Shown here: one piece after another, positions 10,538 to 20,019 of the stretch
How the letters are laid out: every line of letters starts with the position of its first letter
Position numbering within the stretch: the first letter of the stretch is position 1
Assembly (NCBI RefSeq): GCF_905235195.1
Contig: NZ_CAJOKH010000025.1
Coordinates: forward strand, 2,852 to 34,851
Reading direction: 5' to 3'
DNA: 32,000 bases
Origin: an uncultured Methanobrevibacter sp.
Lineage (GTDB): Archaea > Methanobacteriota > Methanobacteria > Methanobacteriales > Methanobacteriaceae
Made by a program: the position numbers and the translations under genes
The notes under the pieces: generated by a model
The model's database searches: none
Told to the model about the DNA's origin: nothing
Seen by the model: only the letters and a program-made list of their open reading frames with translations

Positions 10538-13231
10538 TTATTTATTTTTTAGTTCTTCATACAAATCTCTTGCATCTGTATGGGATGGATTTATAGTTAA
10601 AGCTTTTTTTAAAAAGCTTTTAGCACCCTCTATATCCTTCTGTTCATTTAATATATCTCCAAGTAAATACCATGCATTTGAATAATTATTATCTATATTA
10701 ATTATTTCAACCAAAATATCTTTGGCCTTAGAATAATGGCCCATATCATATAATTGTAAAGCTTCAACATATTTGTTTTCTACTTCTCTAAATTCATGAT
10801 CTATAGATTCTTGAATTTGATTAAATAAATCTTCATTTGTATTTACATTAAGTGTATTTCTTTTTAAATTTTTATTTAACTCATCTATATCATCATATAC
10901 TATTATGTCTTCTTTTTTATCTGAAAGATTAGTAAATATATAATCAAGAACATATTTTGTAGCATTTTTATTTAATGGCTTATTATCATTTCCACATTTT
11001 GGAGAATATATACATTTAGGACAACCATCTTCACACTCACATGTATCAAGCAATTGTTTTGTAGATTTAACAAGTTCATAGAATACATCTATTGCTTTTT
11101 CACTAATACCTATTCCACCTTCAAATGCATCATAAATAAATATTGTAGCAGTTTCTGTATCTTTATGGAAATTTGTAGACATTCCTCCAATATCAAATCT
11201 ATCACACATAGTATGAAGTGGAAATAAACCGATAAGTGCATGTTCTGCACCGTGAAGACCGCCAGCAAATACCTGTTTATTATCAGGATATTTTTCTTCT
11301 AATTCATCTTTTAATTTCTCATCAACAGTAAACCACAATCCTTTTGTTTTAAATTTTAATGGAGGTAAATCAAGTTTGTATTGGCCTATAAGTTTGGAGA
11401 AATGTATTTTATTATATTTTTTAAAGTTTTCAATAACCTCTAAAAGACCAAAATGTACTGTAAAATCTCCAATTTTAATTTTTTTATATTTTTCAAGTAT
11501 ATTAATGTCCGTATCTTTTAAAACATTAGTATGATATTCAACGTTTTTCTTAATAACATTAACAAAGTTTTTTTCAAAGTTTACACTTCTTACTATATAG
11601 GTTTCACTTTGATGAATTAAAACTGCACCTTCATATGCTTCTGAGTAGACCTGTGCTAATTCCATTGTTTCAATTAATTTTCCATCACACATAATCATAA
11701 ACATATTATTTGACAATTGATCTAAGGAATGATTAAATGAGGGACTATCATTTGAAGTGTAATAATACTGATTTTTTAGATTTTTTTCAATATACTGATT
11801 TTGTGATAATTCTTTAAGTATAAATTTAGTTTCATTTTTATTTAATTCTGGTGAAAAGTCATGTAATTCCTCTTCTCTAAGAGGTAATTCATTTGCTGCA
11901 CATATAAGATGGGCATTTAAAAGAATTTCATTTTTTAAATCTACAATTGCATTTTCATGACTTCTTCCAAAGAAAAATTCAGGATTTTTCATAAAATATT
12001 GGTCTAGTTGGTTTTCAAAAGCAACTAAAATAACAAGGGATTTTTCTGCTCCACGACCACAACGACCTCCTTGTTGCCATACAGAAACCATGGTTCCAGG
12101 ATAACCTGATATTATAACTGCATCTAATGTACCAATATTTATTCCAAGCTCCAAGGCATTTGTAGTTGTTACTCCTAAATATTTCCGTGACTTAAGACCA
12201 TTTTCTATCTCACGTCTATCTTCAGGAAGATAACCTGCACGATATGCTGTAATTCTACTTGTTAATTTACTTTTATATTCTGTCATATCATTTTTAGCCC
12301 ATAAAGCAATTAATTCTGCAGTTTTACGTGAAACAGTAAAACATAAAGTTTGTATGTTTTTCAAAAGTAAAAATAAGAAAATAAATTCTATTTCCTGATG
12401 GAAACTAGGTTCGTTTTCTTTATTACGTTTAGTCCTTTTAAAAGTTTTATAAGGATTATATAAAATAAAATCTTTCTCACCACTAGGAGATGAATCATTT
12501 GAAATTAACTCAAATTCACATCCTGTTAATTTATATCCATGTTCTAGAGGGTTTGCAAGTGTTGCAGAGGATAATATAAACTGTGGATTAGACTTATAAA
12601 AGTTACATATACGTTTAAGTCTACGAATTAAAAGTGCAACATTACTTCCAAAAATACCCTTGTAATAATGAGATTCATCTATAACAATATATTTTAGATT
12701 AGAATAGAATCTCTTCCATTGATGATGCCATGAAAGAATGTGGTGCAATTGATAAGGATTAGTTAAAACAATTCGTGATTTTTGTCTTATTCCATACTTC
12801 TCATCTTTAGGAGTATCTCCATCGTAACATGCAGGGTTAATTTCTATACCCATTTCCTTTTCATAATTTTTAAGGACTTGAACTTGATCGTTTTCAAGTG
12901 CTTTTGCAGGATAAATATATAATGCTGTTGCTTGTTCATCTTCTATTAATTTATTTAAAACAGGTAAATTAAAACATAAGGTTTTTCCACTAGCTGTGGC
13001 TGTTGTAACTATAATATTCTTACCTTCACGAACCATTTCATATGATTCTGCCTGATGAACATATAAACTAATATTCTTTTCGTTCAAATATTCAAGAATA
13101 ATATCATTAAGACCATTAACTTTTTTATAACTAGCATCATGAGAAGGAATGGTTTCTATATATTCTATTTTCTTTTTAAATCGAATATCATTCTTAAATT
13201 TGTCAATTTGTATATCAGCCATATTATCCAT
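10538..13231 (-). CDS. DEAD/DEAH-box SF2 helicase with C-terminal DUF1998 metal-binding Cys cluster (MrfA/YprA, COG1205-like) fused to C-terminal TPR repeats
   Basis: An 897-aa ORF with helicase motifs TATASGKT (I), VIDESHYY (II, DExH), SSAT (III) and QQGGRCGRG (VI). The Cys cluster CECEDGCPKCIYSPKCGNDNKPLNK is typical of DUF1998. The last ~70 aa (YDMGHYSKAKDILVEII..NAWYLLGDIL...AKSFLKKALTINPSH) look like TPR repeats. Confidence 0.85.
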   Translation of the reverse strand: MDNMADIQIDKFKNDIRFKKKIEYIETIPSHDASYKKVNGLNDIILEYLNEKNISLYVHQAESYEMVREGKNIIVTTATASGKTLCFNLPVLNKLIEDEQATALYIYPAKALENDQVQVLKNYEKEMGIEINPACYDGDTPKDEKYGIRQKSRIVLTNPYQLHHILSWHHQWKRFYSNLKYIVIDESHYYKGIFGSNVALLIRRLKRICNFYKSNPQFILSSATLANPLEHGYKLTGCEFELISNDSSPSGEKDFILYNPYKTFKRTKRNKENEPSFHQEIEFIFLFLLLKNIQTLCFTVSRKTAELIALWAKNDMTEYKSKLTSRITAYRAGYLPEDRREIENGLKSRKYLGVTTTNALELGINIGTLDAVIISGYPGTMVSVWQQGGRCGRGAEKSLVILVAFENQLDQYFMKNPEFFFGRSHENAIVDLKNEILLNAHLICAANELPLREEELHDFSPELNKNETKFILKELSQNQYIEKNLKNQYYYTSNDSPSFNHSLDQLSNNMFMIMCDGKLIETMELAQVYSEAYEGAVLIHQSETYIVRSVNFEKNFVNVIKKNVEYHTNVLKDTDINILEKYKKIKIGDFTVHFGLLEVIENFKKYNKIHFSKLIGQYKLDLPPLKFKTKGLWFTVDEKLKDELEEKYPDNKQVFAGGLHGAEHALIGLFPLHTMCDRFDIGGMSTNFHKDTETATIFIYDAFEGGIGISEKAIDVFYELVKSTKQLLDTCECEDGCPKCIYSPKCGNDNKPLNKNATKYVLDYIFTNLSDKKEDIIVYDDIDELNKNLKRNTLNVNTNEDLFNQIQESIDHEFREVENKYVEALQLYDMGHYSKAKDILVEIINIDNNYSNAWYLLGDILNEQKDIEGAKSFLKKALTINPSHTDARDLYEELKNK

Positions 13232-13447
13232 TAAACCTTTAAATTAATATTTATTATAATAATTTATTAATTTTAAATAGAAAAAACCCTTAAATAATTC
13301 TAAAAAAATTTATATAATATTTATAAAAAATTAATTTATAAATAAAAGTATTATAATATATTATATAATTAGATAATTACTTATATTTAAAATTTAAATA
13401 TTATTACGTAAAATATTTGATTATATAAAAATTTGTGAAGTGATTAA

Positions 13448-13645
13448 ATGACTGGGAAAAAACTATATCGTTCATATGATAATAGAATGCTTGCTGGTAT
13501 ATGTGGAGGAATAGGAGAATACTTAAATATAGACCCAACCATTATTAGATTAATAACTGCTTTATTAATTTTTCTATGGGGTTTCGGTATTATATTTTAC
13601 TTATTAGCTTGGATAATTGTTCCAAACGAAATTGACATAGTTTAA
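13448..13645 (+). CDS. PspC-domain membrane protein
   Basis: A 65-aa ORF. LYRSYDNRMLAGICGGIGEYLNIDPTIIRLI followed by one TM helix (LLIFLWGFGIIFYLLAWIIVP) matches the PspC-domain signature. Confidence 0.8.
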   Translation: MTGKKLYRSYDNRMLAGICGGIGEYLNIDPTIIRLITALLIFLWGFGIIFYLLAWIIVPNEIDIV

Positions 13646-13755
13646 TCAATAATTTATAATAAATTTAAATATTAATATACAGATTAAATATAATACTATT
13701 TTTTTACATAATATTTAAAATAATAATCAATTATATTTCTAAATAAGGATTTAAT

Positions 13756-16210
13756 ATGATAAGTTATGATGAATTTGAAAAAATTGTTGTAGAAATTCTT
13801 AAAAGAGATATTTCTTCAAATCAAGATCAAAAATCAGCTATTGAATCTGATTTGAATAAATCTCTTTTTATTGTAGCAGGTCCTGGTTCTGGTAAAACTA
13901 CTGTTATTGTACTTAAAATTTTAAAATATATTTTTGTTGATGGAATTGAACCAGAATCAATTATTGCCACTACTTTTACCCGTAAAGCTGCTGATGAGAT
14001 AACAAGCAGAATCCTAGATTGGGGATATAAAATAAAAGACTATCTTTTAAGAAATCTTTTAGAATATAATATGGAAAATGATGATTTAAGAAAAATTGCC
14101 CATATTGATTTTAATCTAATTATAACTGGAACAATTGACAGTGTTGCAACAGAACTTATAAAGGTTAATCGTGAAGCAGGTACAAATTTACCTAATTGAA
14201 ACATATGTTGCACAATCTGCAATGACCAATATTGGCGTATATGCAAATGATAGATATTTAAATAAAGACCTCCAGGAATATGTAGGAGAATTTTTCGAAT
14301 TTACAGATGCAATTAAAAATCCATCAGAAATTGCAAAAATGATACTGTCAATTAGAGAGAAAATGTATTATAATATGGTTGATTTTGATGATGCATTTAG
14401 CGATATATCAGACCCTGGTGAAAATATTATAAGGGATGCTATACTTGATTATGAAAAAGAATTAAAATCAAGAAATACTATTGATTTTCCAATGTTAGAG
14501 TCCTTATTTTTAGAAAAACTTGACAGTGAAAAGTTCAAATCTTATCTTGATAATATTAAACTAATTCTTGTAGATGAATATCAGGATACTAATCTTTTAC
14601 AGGAAAAAATCTATTTCAAGCTTGCAAGGGATGTTATTAAAAATGGAGGAAATATTACTGTTGTAGGTGATGATGACCAATCATTATATCGTTTTAGAGG
14701 TGCTACTGTAGATTTATTTACTAATTTTCCTATTCGTGCAAAAAAACAATTAGGTATTGATATAAAAGAGGTTAATCTTAAGGATAATTACCGTTCAACT
14801 GAAAACATTATTAATCTATGTAATCATTTTGCTTCATTAGATGAAGAATATCAAAATGCACGTGTATCACATAAACCCCCAATTAAATGTCCAAATACAA
14901 ATGAGGAAAAAAACATACCTATCATTGGACTTTTTAGACCTAGTCCTCAACTTTTAAGTCGTGACTTAGCTATTTTTATAAGTGAATTAATTACAAAAGG
15001 AACTGTCAAAAGAGAAGTAAAATCAATAGTTGATACAAAATCATTTAAACTCATAAATAAAAGTGAAGATAATGATGAATTAATCAAAAAATCAAAATTA
15101 TTTGATATGAATAAAATAAAGGATAAACAATATATTGAAATTAGTTTGGATAAAAATAATGGTTCTCCTAATGATATTGCATTTTTAACATATTCACCAA
15201 AAGAAAATACGGCTTCACATAAAAATAAATTTACATATTATCTTAGGAAAAATTTACAAAGACGTAAAATTGAAGTATTTAATCCTAGAGGTAAAGAAAT
15301 TCATGACATTGAATCTGTTAAAATATTCTGTGGCCTTATCCTTGAATGTATAGATCCTGATAGAAAAATAGAAAAACAAGATAAATCCATCCCTCTTTCA
15401 GCTATTAGATATATGAAAAAATGGAGAGAATCTGCACAAAAATTTATAGATAAAGACCCAGAACCAAATGAACCTATAAGTATAAAAAGTTTTGTTGAAC
15501 ATTGGCAGTTAAGAAGACCATACAATCTTAAAAAATGGCCAAATAATACTAGACTAATGGATCTTGCATATAAATTAATTACTTGGATAGATTCACTTCA
15601 AGATGATATTGAAGGCCTTGTATACCTACAGGCAATATGTCAAACAATTACTCAAACCGGATTTTTCAATGAATATGGTTCTACCATATACTTTGACAAT
15701 CCTACAAAAGAACAGAAATCAATAGATGAATTATACTGGAATATTTTTATACCTATTGCAAATGGAGGAATAAAAATTGATGAAGAATTATTTGAAACTT
15801 TACCTAATGACAGATTAAATATTATGAGTATTCATCAATCAAAAGGATTAGAATTTCCAATGGTTATTGTTGATGTAGGTAGTGAATATAAAAAAGATTT
15901 GAAACGTACCAGTTATCAAAGATATCCTTATAAAGGCGGAGGAGATTTTGAGCTTGAAGATAGAATTCGAAAATACAATAATGACTTTGAAATAAAAAAT
16001 AGAGAACAACTTGACCGTTCATTTGATGATTTGATTAGACGTTATTTTGTTGCATTCTCAAGAGCTCAAGATGTTTTAATACTAATTGGATTAGATACAT
16101 GTATATATGGATATGATATGGAAGATAAACATAAAACAATTCCAAACATTGCTTTAGGTTGGAATAGGAATAAAGAATTCATAGGTTTTGATGAGATATA
16201 TATGATTTAA
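13756..16210 (+). pseudogene. UvrD/PcrA/Rep-like SF1 helicase, split by a single-nucleotide frame change at ~14185-14200 (ORFs 13756-14199 and 14171-16210)
   Basis: The N-terminal ORF carries motif I (AGPGSGKTT) and Ia (TFTRKAADE). The second ORF, shifted one nucleotide forward (needing a +1 shift), carries II (LVDEYQDTN), III (VVGDDDQSLYRFRGA), IV (NYRST), V (SIHQSKGLEFPMVIV) and VI (YFVAFSRAQDVLIL). The two overlap by 29 nt, and the first ends at TGA 14197-14199. An AAGGA lies just upstream of ATG 13756. Confidence 0.85.
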
Positions 16211-16213
16211 TTA

Positions 16214-16320
16214 ATCATAAAATTAATTTAATTATATCTATTGGATATGTTAAAAAAACTTATTTATTAATTTCTATCATAAAATTATTTAAATATATTA
16301 TTTAAAATGTTAAAAAAAAA
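16214..16320. repeat. Two imperfect ~45-bp direct repeats (period 62 bp) in the helicase-nuclease intergenic region
   Basis: 16214-16258 reads atcataaaattaatttaattatatctattggatatgttaaaaaaa. 16276-16320 reads atcataaaattatttaaatatattatttaaaatgttaaaaaaaaa. Confidence 0.6.
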
Positions 16321-16539
16321 TAATTTTATTTCAAACAAATCCAATAAAATAAAATAAAATTAATATAATTAATTATTAAATTCATTAAAATAAGTAATTA
16401 AATAAATAATATGACAATCAATAATAAAATTTAAATTAATAAAAATATAAAATAATCAAATTATCCGAATTATTAAGTATATAGAATTATTAGATTTTAA
16501 AAGTAAATAAAAATTCGAAAAAATATTATAAGGTGGATT

Positions 16540-17841
16540 ATGAATATAAAATCAAGATCTAAACCATATTTTATACCAGAATATAGTCTTACAGGGGATC
16601 TATTATCCTTTTTAACATGTAACTTACAGTACAGGTATCAAAATAAAGGAACTTTACCTCCATCAATGCCTATCCAATTATGGTTTGGAGAATTTATACA
16701 TGGAGTTATGGAAGAAGCATTTCTTAAATGGGAAGCTGAAAAAAAAGAATTTCCTTGGAATTGGGAATTAGATATAAGGCCAATAGAAGAAATGATCGAT
16801 CAAAGATTAAGATCAAGAGGATTAAATTCTCCACCAAAACAATTCTGTCCTGAACATTTACCAGAAGAGAAAATTGGAAAATATAAATTAGAGGATAATC
16901 CATATCATAGAATTGCTAGTGCAAGAGCTGAAAAAGCAATTAATATTTGGGGTAAAGACATATTTCCACTTATTAAATCTACTGAATTATTGATTAAAGG
17001 TATAAGAGATATGCCTAATTATGATGAAAAATTAAGTCGCTCTAATCATTATGGTATAAATGGTGTAATAGATGGATTAATATCTGTAACCCCTCAGGAT
17101 ATAAAAAATATCACAACTACACTTTTAAATAATAATAATCAAGACCATAATATATTAGAATCTGATATAGACAAACAAAAATCTCTTGATTTATTTGGTA
17201 TTGAAACTAATGAAAATACAGATACAAACCATTTCCTTGAATTGTTAAAAGAAACTCCTCAAGTTAAAGAATATTTAAGCAATAATAAATTAGATGAATT
17301 TGAAATAATAATAGATTATAAAGGAATGAAAAGGCCATCTGTTAATAGTGAAACATTTCAACACCATAAATGGCAAGTATTAACTTATTCTTGGCTCAGA
17401 TGCCAACAAAAAGATGCAAAAGAAATACCTGCAGGAATAATATTATATTTAAATGAACTTGTCCCTTCAACTATGGATTTAATTGCAATTAAAGAAGACA
17501 TAATTAATGATAAAAATGATGTTAAAATTTCTAAAAAAGATATGGATTCTTTATTTGAATGGGACGGCAGTGAAAAATATTATCCTACTTTATCTGATGA
17601 ATTTAGAATTAACCGTTCTATTAGAATTATTCCAATCAATAAACAGGAACAGGATGAAGCGCTTTTAAGTTTTGATAAAGTTGTAAATAATATTGAATCA
17701 TCTCTTATTAAAGAACAAAATGGATGTAAAATATCAAAATCATGGATTGGAAAAGCAGATAAAAGAACTTGTGATGCATGTGATTTTAAAATGATTTGCC
17801 AAAAAAACAAAGGTGAACTTGATGATATTACAGTCCCCTAG
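16540..17841 (+). CDS. PD-(D/E)XK nuclease of the Cas4/AddB (RecB-like, 4-Cys Fe-S) type
   Basis: A 433-aa ORF with a strong SD-like AGGTGG at 16531-16536. The motifs occur in Cas4 order: N-terminal Cys (FLTCNLQY), GxxxH (FGEFIHG), D (INGVIDGLI), DxK (IIIDYKGMK), QxxxY (WQVLTYSW) and C-terminal CxxCx5C (CDACDFKMIC). Large insertions include an Asn/Asp-rich low-complexity linker (TTLLNNNNQDHN...NENTDTNH). Confidence 0.75.
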   Translation: MNIKSRSKPYFIPEYSLTGDLLSFLTCNLQYRYQNKGTLPPSMPIQLWFGEFIHGVMEEAFLKWEAEKKEFPWNWELDIRPIEEMIDQRLRSRGLNSPPKQFCPEHLPEEKIGKYKLEDNPYHRIASARAEKAINIWGKDIFPLIKSTELLIKGIRDMPNYDEKLSRSNHYGINGVIDGLISVTPQDIKNITTTLLNNNNQDHNILESDIDKQKSLDLFGIETNENTDTNHFLELLKETPQVKEYLSNNKLDEFEIIIDYKGMKRPSVNSETFQHHKWQVLTYSWLRCQQKDAKEIPAGIILYLNELVPSTMDLIAIKEDIINDKNDVKISKKDMDSLFEWDGSEKYYPTLSDEFRINRSIRIIPINKQEQDEALLSFDKVVNNIESSLIKEQNGCKISKSWIGKADKRTCDACDFKMICQKNKGELDDITVP

Positions 17842-17948
17842 ACTATAAATATAATAAAAATTAAAAAAATTAGTATTTATATATAAAGTTTAGAATTTAT
17901 ATTTTATAAAAATAAAAAAATTAAGAATAATGTGAATTAGTAGGTTAA

Positions 17949-18635
17949 TTATTTTTTTTGTTTATTATCTTTAGTATTCACATCTTTTTTATCATTAACT
18001 TCATAATCTACATCAATTGAATCGTCATTTGATTTATTTTCTTCTTTCATTTCAGAAATATCTTTATAGACAATTTTTACAGTTTCTTTAACATTATTTT
18101 TAGTATTTCTAGCTTCTTCAATATATTCGTCTTTCTTAGCTTTTAATATTTCTTCTGCAGCTTCTCTTTTAACTTTAAGTTTTTCTATTTTAATTTTTAA
18201 AGCTTCTTTTTGTTCTTGTGATTGTTTTCTTTGAAGTTCAAGTATTTCAGCTTTATGTTTTGATATCAATTCATCTCTTTCGATTTTTTGTTTTTTTCTT
18301 AAAGATAATTCAACATCTTCCTCTTGTGGTGATTCTGGGAAGTTTTCATCTGCATAATCAATTGCATTTTTTAATTGGTCCTTAACATATTCTTTTCCTT
18401 TAGAAAATGAATCTTCACCATTTTTTACTTCTTCTAATTTAGAATTTGCTTTATCTAAAGTTTCATCCATAAATTGATTTGCTTTATCATCAGCAATAAC
18501 AGCGTATTTTTTTCCTAACTCTTTAGTAAGAGTTTTAAATTCATCGTCATCAAATTGTTTAATTCTTTCATTACCATATTCATATACAACTTTACCAATT
18601 TTTAAACTTTTTTTTGTAAGTCTTGATAATATCAT
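17949..18635 (-). CDS. Coiled-coil protein, unknown function (paralogue of the upstream gene, with an extra Lys/Glu-rich C-terminal extension)
   Basis: The track ORF extends to 18644 via GTG. ATG at 18635-18633 is preceded by AGGTGA, which directly abuts the TAA stop (18648-18646) of the upstream gene and shares its final A, so I prefer that start. The N-terminal ~100 aa align by eye with the 140-aa neighbour (L.K.L..G...Y.Y...R.K...D.E...LT..L........KA....D......KLEE.K...DSFS..K.....L..A.D.AD). The rest is predicted coiled coil. Confidence 0.6.
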   Translation of the reverse strand: MILSRLTKKSLKIGKVVYEYGNERIKQFDDDEFKTLTKELGKKYAVIADDKANQFMDETLDKANSKLEEVKNGEDSFSKGKEYVKDQLKNAIDYADENFPESPQEEDVELSLRKKQKIERDELISKHKAEILELQRKQSQEQKEALKIKIEKLKVKREAAEEILKAKKDEYIEEARNTKNNVKETVKIVYKDISEMKEENKSNDDSIDVDYEVNDKKDVNTKDNKQKK

Positions 18636-18645
18636 TTTCTTCACC

Positions 18646-19068
18646 TTATTTATTTTTATTTTTTAAATCCTTTAATTCTTTTGCTTGTTTATTTTTTAAA
18701 TCTTCTAATTCTTTAATTTGCTTTTTCATAAGTTCATATTCTTCATCTACAGATCCCCCATTGTATGAATCCAAATAGTAATCTGCCTTGTCAACTGCAT
18801 CTTGAAGTTGAGCTTTCCTCTGGGATTTTCTAATTGAAAAAGAATCCTTACTTGATTTAGCTTCTTCTAATTTAAGGGTCGACAATTCAATTGCCCTATC
18901 CAAAGCATGATCTGCTTTAAGTTCTCCAATTTGTATCCATTTCATTGTTAAATCATTAGTTAATCTAATCATTTCAGGATCACTTAGAGACTTAAGTCTT
19001 TGATAGCCATAAGAGGATAAATTTTTTCCAAGAACTAAACTTTTATTTATTTTATTAAAAATTCCCAT
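18646..19068 (-). CDS. Coiled-coil protein, unknown function (starts MGIFNKI...)
   Basis: A 140-aa ORF and the first gene of a two-gene unit with the 17949-18635 paralogue. The C-terminus has a repeated KELEDLKNKQAKELKDLKNKNK heptad-like sequence. Confidence 0.6.
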   Translation of the reverse strand: MGIFNKINKSLVLGKNLSSYGYQRLKSLSDPEMIRLTNDLTMKWIQIGELKADHALDRAIELSTLKLEEAKSSKDSFSIRKSQRKAQLQDAVDKADYYLDSYNGGSVDEEYELMKKQIKELEDLKNKQAKELKDLKNKNK

Positions 19069-19404
19069 AAAATCACAAGAAATTATTATTATAAATTATG
19101 TATGTTTTTATTATATTAAATACTTTGTATATAATTTTACCAAATTAATTAAAATATAATAAATATATAATTTCAATATCGATAATAATTTATATTTATT
19201 TAATTTTGATTAAAGCTAATATAAAACAAGGTTTAAAATAAATATTTTAAATATTTAAATTTTTTATAAATAAAAGAATAATTTAATCTTAAATAAATTT
19301 TAAAGACATATATACATTATAAATCAGTATATATCTGATTATATTGTAAAACAATTTATTAGCTTAGAATAATTTATAATAATAAAGTAAACAAAATTTT
19401 ATAT

Positions 19405-20019
19405 TTAAAGTTCGATGCTTTGGAATTTTAAAATTGCCATCTTACCAGCAGTTGTTAAGACTAGTTCCTTTGGATTAATATAACCTGAATGTCTCAAATC
19501 TTTTATATGGTTATAAACCATACTGGAAGATAATTCGGTTTTTTCTGAAATGTCTTTAACATTATCTGCACCTTCATTAATATAAAGGAGAATTTTAACC
19601 TTATTTTTTGAAATATTATAATCAAATATTGGTAAATCAACTATTTCTTCATTTTTAGGATCTAATATTGTTAGTTTATAAATATCTTTAATAAATGAAC
19701 ATGATGCATAAGATAATGCAATAGATTCTATAGAGTTATTTTCAATTAAATGTACAATAACATCATTTTTCTCTTTTATTTCTGTTGAAATAATATTAAA
19801 TGTTTGTGAAGCAATAGTTAATATGTCTTTATTAGATATCTCTTTAATTTTTATTTTTAAATGTCGTCCTCTTTTTTTATATAATTCTTCCATTATATCT
19901 TTAATTTCAGGATAATTTTTATTATCTGTTAATAATACAATAGTTTCAGGTTCAAATTTATCTACAGCTAATAATAATGATTTTAAATCAAATATAGTGG
20001 AAATTAAACTAATGGTCAT
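19405..20019 (-). CDS. Putative transcriptional regulator: N-terminal Rossmann-like (possibly Csa3/CARF-like) domain + C-terminal winged HTH
   Basis: The track ORF starts at GTG 20028, but that GTG is part of an AGGTGA SD-like box 5 nt upstream of ATG 20019-20017, so I prefer the ATG. The C-terminus (ILLYINEGADNVKDISEKTELSSSMVYNHIKDLRHSGYI) is a clear ArsR/MarR-style wHTH. The N-terminal ~130 aa alternate short hydrophobic strands and helices (TIVLLTD, IKIKEI, VIVHLIENNSIESIALSYA, KLTILD), the same architecture and size as Csa3. Confidence 0.55.
   Translation of the reverse strand: MTISLISTIFDLKSLLLAVDKFEPETIVLLTDNKNYPEIKDIMEELYKKRGRHLKIKIKEISNKDILTIASQTFNIISTEIKEKNDVIVHLIENNSIESIALSYASCSFIKDIYKLTILDPKNEEIVDLPIFDYNISKNKVKILLYINEGADNVKDISEKTELSSSMVYNHIKDLRHSGYINPKELVLTTAGKMAILKFQSIEL

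Noticed and set aside
14184-14190. AAATTTA heptamer (A_AAT_TTA in the upstream frame) resembling an X_XXY_YYZ -1 programmed frameshift slippery site just before the helicase frame break
   Set aside because: The downstream frame is reached by a +1 shift (or -2), not -1. A -1 slip here would enter the wrong frame. I saw no convincing downstream stem-loop either. A simple 1-nt insertion or a sequencing error is more parsimonious.
14040-14246. 68-aa minus-strand ORF overlapping the helicase frameshift site
   Set aside because: It is antisense to the UvrD-like coding sequence, with no motifs. The same applies to 15301-15525 and 17580-17810, which are antisense to the helicase and the nuclease.
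19322-19340. Palindrome aatcag-tatatat-ctgatt between the regulator gene and the coiled-coil operon (possible operator or terminator)
   Set aside because: The arms are only 6 bp in extremely AT-rich DNA, where such palindromes are expected by chance. It lies ~250 nt from the coiled-coil start and has no flanking oligo-T on the relevant strand.
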